A stretch of DNA of 62,348 bases, counting the filler. It is 6 parts of 6 records of this genome, joined end to end, with 100 filler letters (N's around TTAATTAATTAA, not from the genome) between each part and the next. Parts side by side here need not be neighbours in the genome. Positions count along the whole stretch, not along the records: positions 36,699 to 42,111 come from DRR378314_1565; positions 42,212 to 50,336 come from DRR378314_1568; positions 50,437 to 62,348 come from DRR378314_1570; 3 more parts are not named here. One strand, written 5' to 3'. Both the position numbers and the translations under genes were made by a program. Positions 38,552 through 50,916 of this stretch are shown piece after piece. The number at the start of each line of letters is the position of its first letter. Positions within the stretch are counted from its first letter, which is position 1. The notes beneath the pieces are model-generated. The model saw nothing but the letters and a program-made list of their open reading frames with translations, made no database searches and had not been told where the DNA came from.

Positions 38552-40804
38552 TCAGGTCATAAGCTCAGTATCCGTTCCGTAAATCAAATCACTCAAAACT
38601 ACAACCGCGTCATGAGCAGAGGGACGCGCTGTGGGATCATACGAAAAGCACTGGGCAGTCAACGAGTGCAACGCAGGTGGGAGACTGTCCGCTGGCTGCG
38701 GAGTGAACCGGCCGCTGGCAACCTCTGACCGCACGAAGTGCGCAATATCATCCTCGCCAACCTCCTCATACGGAAGCTTGCTTCCCACGAGCTCGTTCAC
38801 AATGTGTCCAAAGGCCCATATGTCGGTTTTCGGAGATAAGCCAAACGTGCGTCGTGTTACAGACATCGCCTGCTCCGGAGCCATGTACGCAACGGTGCCG
38901 CGTTGCGCGTTCTGCGCCGCAGAGGTTGTGCGCGAGATGTTGAATCGAAGCTTCGCCAATCCAAAGTCCGACACGACAGCGCGCCTGTCATCGCCCTCGC
39001 CCAAGACCAAGAGGTTTCCGGGTTTCAAATCACGATGCTCGATGCCATGCGAGTGCAAATGCCGCAACCCTCGCGCAATATCAAGCATATAGGAGAGCAC
39101 TTCAGACGAGCCGCTTTCCAGCATAAAGCAGGCGTCCTCGAGCTTCTCGGCGAGCGGGAAAACGAGCGCGAGGGCAGCAGGTTCTGCCACAACAAAATGC
39201 AGCGGAATCACGTTGCGGTGCTCGCTTAGCGAGCAGAGAGCACGCGCCTCGCGCGCAAAATCGTATACGTGACGCAGTGCATGACCGCGACCACGCGTCA
39301 CTTTGATTGCAACTGCGTCACCGCGCACTGTCCCGCTATATACCTCGCCTGTGGCACCGGATCCCACGACATTGCCTGCTGTGACAAACGGCTCCACGTC
39401 GCTCCAACGCAGCCGCTTATGCGGAGGAACCAGCGCATCCACCGCCTCCATAGCTTGCGCCAATCGACCCTTTGACGATGGGTTCGGTGTCAACGTAGAT
39501 GCAGCTGGCTCAGAAAACGTGTCGCCGTCTGGAGATTCCGAATCCCTTTGTGCCAGCGGTGCTTCGCACGGAGTGGAGACTTTGCCATCTCCGCTGGGAA
39601 TGCTGGTAGCAGCGACAGCGAGGGGCCGATCGCCGGGCTCGTGAGCCTCGTGCGCGCTCATCGTCGCATTGGAAGGCCCCGCACCGGCCGACCGTACGTC
39701 CGTGACGCTCCTGTATGCAGGTGGCATAGCGTCTGAATCGCCTCTGGAATGGTAGTGCAAGCTGTGATATGCAGTTTAATATTGCAAAAGTGGGAAGCAG
39801 TACGGAAAGCCCGCGTCGCGGACGGCGAAGCATTAGAGGGCACGAATCTCAGGCGATCTCGACCTGCAGCGACGACGGTAGGCGCTCGTCTCCAGGCGCA
39901 GCAGCCATCGCCCTACAATAAATTTCACTTCCCTTCCACCCTGACAGCGCAGGGAAAATCTGTCGACGTATTATGAACACACGGGTACGCACCTGTTTCG
40001 CTGATCACTATCTTCATCCAAGTGCAGCATCCTCGCCACCGCGTTGCACGCCTCGTCGACAGCTGCGCGTCCGCCAGGCCAAGCGGGCGAAGGAGGCAGG
40101 GCGCGGCGCGGAGGAGCACCAGAAGGCGCGTGTGGGTTCCTCGATCCCATCCCTGCCTCATAATCCGCGCGATCATAATGCTCCTTGTCGTACTCGTCCC
40201 ACTCGTATGGACGGGTATGGCGGTGCCCCAGCGGGCGGTGCGCCCCGCGCTCACCTTTGTGGCGTCGGCTGTGCCGACAGCCGTTTCCGCTGCCGTGGCC
40301 GTGGCCGTGGCCGCGGCCGCGGCGGCCGCCGCTTCGCGAGCGATACCCGGGATCGTGGACGCCTTCGCAACCGTCATCAGCGTAGAGATCAAACTCTAAA
40401 GAATGATCAGGAATGCTATCCGGGTATAAATGTGCTGGCTCGTTTTCTACGCAATGTGCTTCCTCGTGCGTCCCAGGGCGCGGAACATCGCTGTAACTCC
40501 TCTCAGCCCACGAATCTGAGTCTGTGCTTGCAGGCGGGACGTGTGCAGCAACGCCGTCGGGATGCACGCCCAGCTCCTCGTGAGAAGCGCCACGACGCGC
40601 GCGTCGATGTCGGATCAAATCCGCATCTTGCAACTGTGCAAGCGTATTTCGGGCATTTCGACCATGGCGACGAATCGCTTTCGCCACCACCCGCTGCGCG
40701 CGAAGCACGTGTTGACGGACATTCGACCTGTGCGAAGGAATCGCCATCTGGTCTTCGAGAACCGGGGCGTCGCGCGATGGCCGCCGTCCGCGACGACCCT
40801 CCAT
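38552..40804 (-). CDS. Eukaryotic Ser/Thr (TKL-like) protein kinase, at least two exons (40804-39993, 39761-38552)
   Basis: GSGATG, VAIK, HRDLKPGN, DFGLAK, GTVAYMAPE, DIWAFG; phase-2 intron AG|gtgcgt...cacag|C joins a His/Arg-rich ORF in frame. Kinase call firm, upstream exon less so. Confidence 0.8.
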
Positions 40805-42111
40805 CGAGACGAAATAAGCGCGCAAAACCTGAGTAGCCGGTCCAGATGCACGCTCACAATTTATCGCTTGCACGTATGCACTGTAAAAACGTCGGAAGAA
40901 AGGACCGGCAAATAAGCAATCATCGACACAAGTAAGGCATGGTCTGCTGCGCGGTGGCCGCGAATTGAACCACGTACAATAGGGACTCCCCAACACGCAG
41001 CCTACCGTCGGTTTCGCAACGAGCGCGCGCCGGGGCGAACGCGCCTCACGAGAACAGAACGGCAATGACCTCGCCGAAGCCTACCATTGCGATTCTTAGC
41101 TCGGTGAGTTTCATAGCGAACTCGGTGCAAGCACGATACTCCAAAGAAATCAGGAACGATCAGAAGAGGCGCGCGACCGCAGCTTCTCAGAGCTACACTG
41201 GGAGCGCCAGAGACGCCTGCCATAGCCGGTCCTACCGCAGGTTAGAAGCAGGGCTGCTTCTTGTGCGCAAGGCATCGCCGTCCACGCGTGCACGTCACCC
41301 TTTCTCCCAAGTAGATAAGGATGGAAAACAGCACAATATTTTCCATAGGAGTAGCGCGACGTACGTGTTCTTTTTTTCCACGTATCTCTTTGGATATCAA
41401 CTTGCGAGATTCCCACAGACGTGCTGAATAGTAGAAGAACGCTGAGGCTGCGTCGCAAAGATCAATATCTTGCACCCGGCTGACGCACTGTCCACACGGC
41501 TTTGGCAGTGGCCGCGCAGCTTCGGCTGGTATAGCCCTCCCCTATCACCGTAACCTATCCTGAGCGCTCGGGCTTCCGGCGCGTGCAAGCGCTGTGCTGG
41601 CGTCCCTCCGTCCCGACACAGCAGCTGGTCGCGTACCTCCCCGCGACGTAACTCCACAATATCCATGTATTCCCACAAAATACTTCGTATCGTCGACATA
41701 ACGACCAGATATTTTTTTGTTTCAAAAACAAAGACAACTTCTTGCAGGAAGAAAGGGAGGGAGCGGGGAAATACCAAAACACGGACTGGATAGGGAAGCC
41801 TGAAGTGCACACCGTGACAAAGGGTTAGAAAAAAGGATCCACAGGCGATCGTTCCTACGCCAACGCGTTGAAAGCACACGATCGCGCTGCCAGAGTAAAA
41901 CACCACACATAGAGCATGTAGAGGCCCACACCTTTGCAACCACAACGGGCAATTCGAACTGCACCAATACAGTAGCTGGATAGTAAAACAGCACGATGCA
42001 AACTTCTTGTTGAGGGGAGGGGAGCAAAGGGAACCAACCAGAGAACAGGCAGTCGCTAAGCGTTAGCCTAGCGCAGCAAAGATGTTGGAGAACACGCGCA
42101 GTCCGTCGATC

Positions 42112-42211
42112 NNNNNNNNNNNNNNNNNNNNNNNNNNNNNNNNNNNNNNNNNNNNTTAATTAATTAANNNNNNNNNNNNNNNNNNNNNNNNNNNNNNNNN
42201 NNNNNNNNNNN
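42112..42211. other. Artificial contig linker
   Basis: N-run with TTAATTAATTAA. Confidence 0.99.
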
Positions 42212-44877
<2,666 letters not shown>

Positions 44878-44918
44878 GGCCAGTCTCCAAAGAGTCTACT
44901 GGCCATGATTTATCATTG

Positions 44919-44933
44919 GAACAAAGCAGGAAC
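44919..44933 (-). promoter_or_regulatory. Alphaproteobacterial SOS box upstream of recN
   Basis: GAAC-AAAGCAG-GAAC on + (GTTC-N7-GTTC on -), about 40 bp before the recN ATG. Confidence 0.85.
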
Positions 44934-44956
44934 AAGCCTGTTTTTCGTTAACGGTG

Positions 44957-46768
44957 TTAAAGCGGCATGCAGGCGGCGCGCAGCCAATCCTTCACCGGAC
45001 CGTCCAGCTTGTCTGCCAGCAGGTCGTAGACTTTCGCGTGATAGGCATCGACCCATTCCCGCTCTTCCTTGGTCAAATGGGCCAAGTCGATCAGGTCCCG
45101 CGCCAGTGGCGCAAAGGTCAGGCACTCAAAACCGTACATGTCGATCTCGCCGCCCTCAATCGGGGCGGGCGCGGTGACATATTGCAGATTCTCGATGCGG
45201 ATACCGTACTGACCTTCACGATAATAGCCCGGCTCGTTCGAGACAATCATGCCGGTTTCCAGCGGGATCGGGCTCCAGCCTTTTGCAATACGTTGCGGGC
45301 CTTCGTGAACGCCGAGATAAACGCCAACGCCGTGGCCTGTGCCGTGTTGGTAATCGAGCCCAGCCTGCCAGAGCGCGTGGCGCGCGAGCACGTCCAGATG
45401 GGTGCCGGTTGTGCCTTTCGGAAAGCGCACGACGGCCAGCGCGATATGCCCTTTCAGGACCTGGGTGTAGTGACGGCGCATGTCCGCACTCGGATCACCA
45501 ATCGGCACAGTGCGCGTTACATCTGTCGTGCCATCCAGATACTGGCCGCCACTGTCGACCAGATAGAGGCTGCCCCGCTCCAGCTTGCGATTGGACGCAG
45601 TCGAGACGCGGTAATGCGGCAGCGCGCCGTTCGGCCCTGCCCCGGAAATGGTCGGGAAGGAAAGATCGTTCAGGCCGCCCAGGTTTTCGCGGAACTCTTC
45701 GAGCTTGATGGCCGCATCAATCTCGGTGACCTCGCCGCTCTGCGCATCCGTATCCAGCCAGTGCAGGAACCGGGTCAGCGCAACACCATCGCGGATATGC
45801 GCCGCGGCAGAGCCCGCAAGCTCGGCTTCATTCTTGCGTGCCTTGGGCAGCGAGACAGGGTCGCGGTCTCGTACAATTGTAGCGCCTGCTTGTTCGAGTT
45901 GATCAAAGAACCAGGCCGAGGCAACGTCCGGATCGACACTGACGGTCTTGCCCTTCAGATCCGCCAGACCTTTTTCGAGATCCGCCAACGGACGAAGCGT
46001 AACACTGTTGCCAAGATGTTGGCGCAGGTCATCCGAGACTTTGACCTCGTCCAGGAACAGATCGGCCGAGCCGTCTGCGAACAGGATCGCCCGGCCGAGC
46101 GGCAGCGGCGTGCAGCTGACATCTCCGCCGCGAATATTGAACGCCCAGGCAATCGACGCCGGGGACGTAATCACCGCCGCATCCAGCTTTTCCGCTTTCA
46201 GGGCATCGCCGATTTCGACGCGCTTTTCGTCATGGGCCTTTCCGGCGAACTTCACATCATGCGGGACAACGGGTGCCATTGGCTGGTCCGGACGGTCGGC
46301 CCAGGCCACATCGATAGGGTTGTCGGTGACGCCAACAAGTTCCGCGCCAGCAGCCTTGGCCGCCTTTGCCATCTGGGCCACATCATTCGGGCTCATCAGT
46401 TTCGGGTCGTAGCCGATCCGCTTTCCGGACATGTCCTGCGACTTCAGCCAGCCGAACGGGCCGGGCTCGGGAACCGATTGCACTTCCCACAGATCGGGAT
46501 CGGTCTGGTCGACGACCTGAAGCGTGTAGCGGCCATCCGCAAAGATGACGGCACGATCCGTGAAGACGAACGCGGACCCGAACGAGCCGGTGAACCCGCT
46601 GACCCAGGCCAGGCGCTCATTCGCGTCCGGCAGGTACTCATTCTGGTATTCGTCGTCATGCGGAACATAAAGGCCGTCAAGCTTCTGAGCGGCAAGCTGT
46701 TCGCGAACGAGGGGCAAATGGGCACGACCGTCCTGCGGTCCACCCTTGATATCAAATGTCTGTCTCAT
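44957..46768 (-). CDS. Xaa-Pro aminopeptidase (M24)
   Basis: GFTGS, DGRY, DSGGQYLDGTTDVTRT, HGTGHGVG, SNEPGYY, IRIEN. Confidence 0.95.
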   Translation of the reverse strand: MRQTFDIKGGPQDGRAHLPLVREQLAAQKLDGLYVPHDDEYQNEYLPDANERLAWVSGFTGSFGSAFVFTDRAVIFADGRYTLQVVDQTDPDLWEVQSVPEPGPFGWLKSQDMSGKRIGYDPKLMSPNDVAQMAKAAKAAGAELVGVTDNPIDVAWADRPDQPMAPVVPHDVKFAGKAHDEKRVEIGDALKAEKLDAAVITSPASIAWAFNIRGGDVSCTPLPLGRAILFADGSADLFLDEVKVSDDLRQHLGNSVTLRPLADLEKGLADLKGKTVSVDPDVASAWFFDQLEQAGATIVRDRDPVSLPKARKNEAELAGSAAAHIRDGVALTRFLHWLDTDAQSGEVTEIDAAIKLEEFRENLGGLNDLSFPTISGAGPNGALPHYRVSTASNRKLERGSLYLVDSGGQYLDGTTDVTRTVPIGDPSADMRRHYTQVLKGHIALAVVRFPKGTTGTHLDVLARHALWQAGLDYQHGTGHGVGVYLGVHEGPQRIAKGWSPIPLETGMIVSNEPGYYREGQYGIRIENLQYVTAPAPIEGGEIDMYGFECLTFAPLARDLIDLAHLTKEEREWVDAYHAKVYDLLADKLDGPVKDWLRAACMPL

Positions 46769-46939
46769 GCCCTCTATGTAGGCCGAAAGCGGCGTTTTGA
46801 CCACCGAAACCCGCATCACAGTTATGCGAATTCGCATGCATTTTTCGGCATTTCCATGCTTTTAAGTTTACCTTTTTCCGCTACATAGCCGCCACGATAA
46901 AAATTGTGCACCGCACAATACAGAAAAAGGGATCTCGAA

Positions 46940-47122
46940 ATGAGACGTCAAAACACAATCGCTTCGCCAATCATGACCAACATGGCCGGTGAAGATCGCC
47001 CGCTGATGGTCAATGAAGTGGCCGAGTCGGCTTTTGCGCACTCGCTGAAGTCGGCCGAAAGCCAGCGCCCGCAAATCCTTGCGCGCCGTTCGGCCCGCTG
47101 GGCTCGCCGCGCCGCATACTGA
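46940..47122 (+). CDS. Small hypothetical protein (60 aa)
   Basis: RBS AAGGGA and AT-rich upstream region; fills the gap between pepP and DUF2256. Confidence 0.5.
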   Translation: MRRQNTIASPIMTNMAGEDRPLMVNEVAESAFAHSLKSAESQRPQILARRSARWARRAAY

Positions 47123-47127
47123 TCCGG

Positions 47128-47295
47128 TCAGCGTTTCCGGGCGTCGCGGCGGCACCGCTCGGAACAATACTTTACTTCTTCCCAGACCCGCGCCCATTTC
47201 TTCCGCCAGGAGAATGGGCGGTTGCAGACAGCGCAGGTTTTCTCGGGCAGGTCAGCCTTGCTGACACGCTTTGGTTTGCTGCCGGGTCTGGACAT
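47128..47295 (-). CDS. DUF2256 small protein
   Basis: LPEKTCAVCNRPFSWRKKW...VKYCSERCR. Confidence 0.9.
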   Translation of the reverse strand: MSRPGSKPKRVSKADLPEKTCAVCNRPFSWRKKWARVWEEVKYCSERCRRDARKR

Positions 47296-47352
47296 TTCTG
47301 AAGCGCCTCCACCGCGCTTCATCTAGGCCGGGCAAACGCTGCGGCAATCGCC

Positions 47353-48210
47353 TCAGTCAGGCTTGCGGAACACCAGCGTTGACCAGCCATCCTCGCGAAT
47401 ACGCTTCTGGAAATCCAGGCCTCGGGACGCAAACGCGTTGCGAACGGGCGGCGCCTGATGGTGCAGCAGACCTGACAGGATGATCGTGCCCCCCGGCGCC
47501 GTCAGCGCAGCGATGTCCGGCGCGAGCCCGATCAGTGGCCGCATCAGGATGTTTGCGAAAACCGTGTCATAAGGCCCGCCCTGACGGATGCGAGGCGTAT
47601 TTGCGCCGGTCACATGCATGGCGGTGAACCCGTTGACGTGGTTCTTCCGGGCATTCTCATTCGCCACGCGCACACTGTCGAGATCAATGTCGGTGCCTAT
47701 GGCCGACGTCGCGCCAGCCTTCAGAGCCGCAATCGCCAGCACGCCTGATCCGGTTCCGAGGTCCAGCACCTTGCCGACTTTCCGGCTGCGGCGAACTTCG
47801 TCGAGCGCCAGCAGGCAGCCCAGCGTCGTACCGTGATGGCCCGTGCCAAAGGCTGGCCCGGCTTCGATCAGGACAGCGATCTTGCCCGGAGACTGTCGCG
47901 CCAAGGCGTGACTTCCCGCCACGATGAACGGCCCGGCCTTCACTGGCGGCAGGCCTTCAAGCGACAGCGTAACCCAATCCTGTTCGATCACCTGTTCGAT
48001 CCGCGCGGTCAGTTCCGGCGCAGATTCTTCGATGATCACGACACAGGCTTCCGCCTCTTCCTCGGTCTCGGCAAAGGCGTCGAGCCGCCAGCTGCCGCGT
48101 CCATCTTCCTTGGCATCGACCGCGCCTGCTGGCGAAGGATCCGCCCAGGCCAACGCATCCCACGCCGTTTCGACTGGCGCCCGCGCGCCCTTTGCAGTTA
48201 TCTGATACAT
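47353..48210 (-). CDS. prmA: Ribosomal protein L11 methyltransferase
   Basis: AFGTGHHGTT, LDLGTGSGVLAI, FANIL, ILSGLL. Confidence 0.93.
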   Translation of the reverse strand: MYQITAKGARAPVETAWDALAWADPSPAGAVDAKEDGRGSWRLDAFAETEEEAEACVVIIEESAPELTARIEQVIEQDWVTLSLEGLPPVKAGPFIVAGSHALARQSPGKIAVLIEAGPAFGTGHHGTTLGCLLALDEVRRSRKVGKVLDLGTGSGVLAIAALKAGATSAIGTDIDLDSVRVANENARKNHVNGFTAMHVTGANTPRIRQGGPYDTVFANILMRPLIGLAPDIAALTAPGGTIILSGLLHHQAPPVRNAFASRGLDFQKRIREDGWSTLVFRKPD

Positions 48211-48257
48211 GCGCGGCGATTAGCAGGCGGACGGTTTCTTGGGAAGGAGACAAAGAC

Positions 48258-49193
48258 GTGAGAGCATTCCTTATGGCAGCGGCGGCAGCACTGATGGTGA
48301 CGACAGCCTGCGAATCCATCCCCGTTTCCAGCCCACAGGGCACCGCGTCCCCTGCCCCGCAAACGAGTCACGATGCGCCCTGGCGAGAAGTGGAAGCGGA
48401 AAATCTGGTAATCCTGAAGACACTTACAGGAGAGGCCGTAATTGAACTGGCTGCGAACGCCGCCCCGGCCCATGCAGCGCAGTTCCGTGAAGCGGTTCGC
48501 GCGAACCTGTACAATGATGAATTCTTCTACCGCGTGATTGACGGCCATGTGGCGCAGGCAGGCCTTGAATTTGAGCATCGTCTGGGCGGATGGGCCGAAC
48601 TCTCCCTCGAAGCCGAACGCCCGATCGAAATTGACGGCTTTGTCCCGCTCGGAAACCCTGACCTGTTTGCCGAGGCGACAGGTCATCGTGACGGCTTTGC
48701 CGTGGGCAGAGAGGGCGGGCAGGAATGGCTGCTGCATTGCCCCGGTGCGCTGGGGATGGCGCGAGACACGGCGCCAGATTCCGGCGCAACGGAATTCTAT
48801 ATCGCAATTGGCCAGCGCCGGTATCTGGACCGGAACTACACACTGTTCGGCCGGGTGATCGCCGGGATGGACCACATCAACCGACTCGACCGCGTCGATC
48901 CCACCCCTGAAGACGCCTTGGCCGCCTTCCTCGATCCGGAAACATCCGAGGAAGCCCTTGCAAAGCGGGCTGAGCGTCTCGCCGCAAACCGCATCCTTTC
49001 TGTCGGCGTGGCAGCAGATATGCCCGCGGATATCCGCCCCCGCTGGGAAGTCATGGCGACACACAGTGCAGAGTGGGAAATCCTGAAAGATTCGAAACGA
49101 GACTATGGTGCAGTCGACGCCTTTGTCGTGACGCCGCCCAAGCGGCTCGACATATGCACGCTGCCCGTTCCAGCGCGCCGGATCAGCGACTAG
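48258..49193 (+). CDS. Cyclophilin-type peptidyl-prolyl isomerase, probable lipoprotein
   Basis: FYRVIDGHVAQ, GMARD..PDSG, RYLDRNYTLFGRV; lipobox-like VTTAC; GTG start after AAGGAG. Confidence 0.85.
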   Translation: MRAFLMAAAAALMVTTACESIPVSSPQGTASPAPQTSHDAPWREVEAENLVILKTLTGEAVIELAANAAPAHAAQFREAVRANLYNDEFFYRVIDGHVAQAGLEFEHRLGGWAELSLEAERPIEIDGFVPLGNPDLFAEATGHRDGFAVGREGGQEWLLHCPGALGMARDTAPDSGATEFYIAIGQRRYLDRNYTLFGRVIAGMDHINRLDRVDPTPEDALAAFLDPETSEEALAKRAERLAANRILSVGVAADMPADIRPRWEVMATHSAEWEILKDSKRDYGAVDAFVVTPPKRLDICTLPVPARRISD

Positions 49194-49202
49194 GCTGAAC
49201 CC

Positions 49203-49970
49203 ATGTCGATTCCTCCCTCCGTCACCGCCGACAATCTACACGCCATCAGCACAGTCCGACACGGCTTCTTCGGCCGCAAAGGCGGCGTGTCGAGCGGGCT
49301 GTATGACAGCCTGAATGTCGGCGAAGGTTCTGGCGATTCACCAGACGCCGTAGCGACGAACCGGGAGCGTGTCCGGGCCGCACTGTCCGCCCGCGCCCTT
49401 CTTTCCTGCTATCAGATCCACTCCTCTGATGCCGTTCACGTGACGGCCCCCTGGACCGTGCGGCCCGAAGCCGACGCGATGGTCACGACCGAGCCGGGAC
49501 TCGCGCTATGCATACTAACCGCCGACTGCACGCCCCTCCTGTTTGCTGACCCGGACGCCGGCGTAATCGGCGCGGCACATGCCGGATGGAAAGGCGCCAT
49601 TGGCGGTGTCCTCGATTCAACGGTTTCTGCGATGACGCAGCTGGGCGCATCTCCAGGCCGCATCCGAGCAGCCATCGGCCCGACCATCCAACAGGCCAGT
49701 TATGAAGTCGGCCCGGAATTTCGGGACACGTTTCTGGTGGCGTCTCCGGAAAGCGAAGCCTTGTTTATTCCGGGCAAGGCAGACCGATTCCAGTTTGACC
49801 TGCCCGGCTATTGTCGCCAGCGTCTGGACCGGTTGGGCGTTCACTTAGTCCATGATTCTGGACTCGATACGTGTGCACTGGAGAAGGATTATTTCTCCAA
49901 TCGCAGGCGCAATCATCGCGGCGAACCGGACTATGGCCGAAATGCCTCAGTGATCATGCTTCATCTGTAA
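49203..49970 (+). CDS. pgeF: PgeF/YfiH laccase-domain protein
   Basis: HGFFGRKGGVS, QIHS, TADCTP, AHAGWKGA. Confidence 0.93.
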   Translation: MSIPPSVTADNLHAISTVRHGFFGRKGGVSSGLYDSLNVGEGSGDSPDAVATNRERVRAALSARALLSCYQIHSSDAVHVTAPWTVRPEADAMVTTEPGLALCILTADCTPLLFADPDAGVIGAAHAGWKGAIGGVLDSTVSAMTQLGASPGRIRAAIGPTIQQASYEVGPEFRDTFLVASPESEALFIPGKADRFQFDLPGYCRQRLDRLGVHLVHDSGLDTCALEKDYFSNRRRNHRGEPDYGRNASVIMLHL

Positions 49971-50057
49971 TTTTCTGCAAAACCGCACAGAGTCCGGTTG
50001 CGACTCGCTGCCCTATGTTACAAAAGCGACACCAACGGGCTTCACGGGCGATACATC

Positions 50058-50336
50058 ATGAAACTGCTTTCCTGCAATGCGAACCGGCCATTGGCAGAAG
50101 CCATCGCCGACTATCTCGACACGCGCCTGACGCGCTCTGAAGTCAAGACGTTCTCAGACCAGGAAATATTCGTCAGGATCGATGAGAATGTTCGCGGCGA
50201 GGATGTGTTTGTCATCCAGTCGACGTCCTACCCCGCCAATGACAATCTGATGCAGCTGCTGATCTGCATGGACGCGCTGAAGCGCGCATCAGCCCGCCGT
50301 ATCACGGCCGTCATCCCCTATTTCGGCTATGCCCGT
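50058..50336 (+). CDS. prs: Ribose-phosphate pyrophosphokinase, 5' part
   Basis: [32 protein letters not shown]. Confidence 0.96.
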
Positions 50337-50436
50337 NNNNNNNNNNNNNNNNNNNNNNNNNNNNNNNNNNNNNNNNNNNNTTAATTAATTAANNNNNNNN
50401 NNNNNNNNNNNNNNNNNNNNNNNNNNNNNNNNNNNN
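50337..50436. other. Artificial contig linker
   Basis: N-run with TTAATTAATTAA. Confidence 0.99.
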
Positions 50437-50916
50437 AAAATATGCGATATCGTACCCGTGTGCCATATTCGAATTTTCGTCACTTCACCGACAGCTACAC
50501 ACCGAATGAAGCAAACATCTATACTTCCAATGGAAAACATCCGCACTGCACTCAGTGACGTCTACGGGAGAGAAACGGCACAAAGGAGAACCGCTGCGAC
50601 ACTGTGTTGAGCGAGCGACTCGTGCCAGCGAATCGCTCCAAAAACCTGCCGGCGCGCCGGCGTTCTCAACGGAGCCCCAATTACCGCCATGGAGATCGAT
50701 AAGATTCTCAGTACTTCTCAGAGAAAGGTAGGCGATGTCGCCTACATAATATGCCACAGGACACACTAACAAAACTCGTGCCACGTTCGCGGCGCAGTTC
50801 GAATCCGCAGTGCTCGGAAGCGGAATCGAGACGAGAGCACACGCTCCCGTCCACCAGTCCTGAGCAAAACCGCATCCCCGCAAAAGGCAAGCACTACGGA
50901 GCCCTCCCCAACATAC

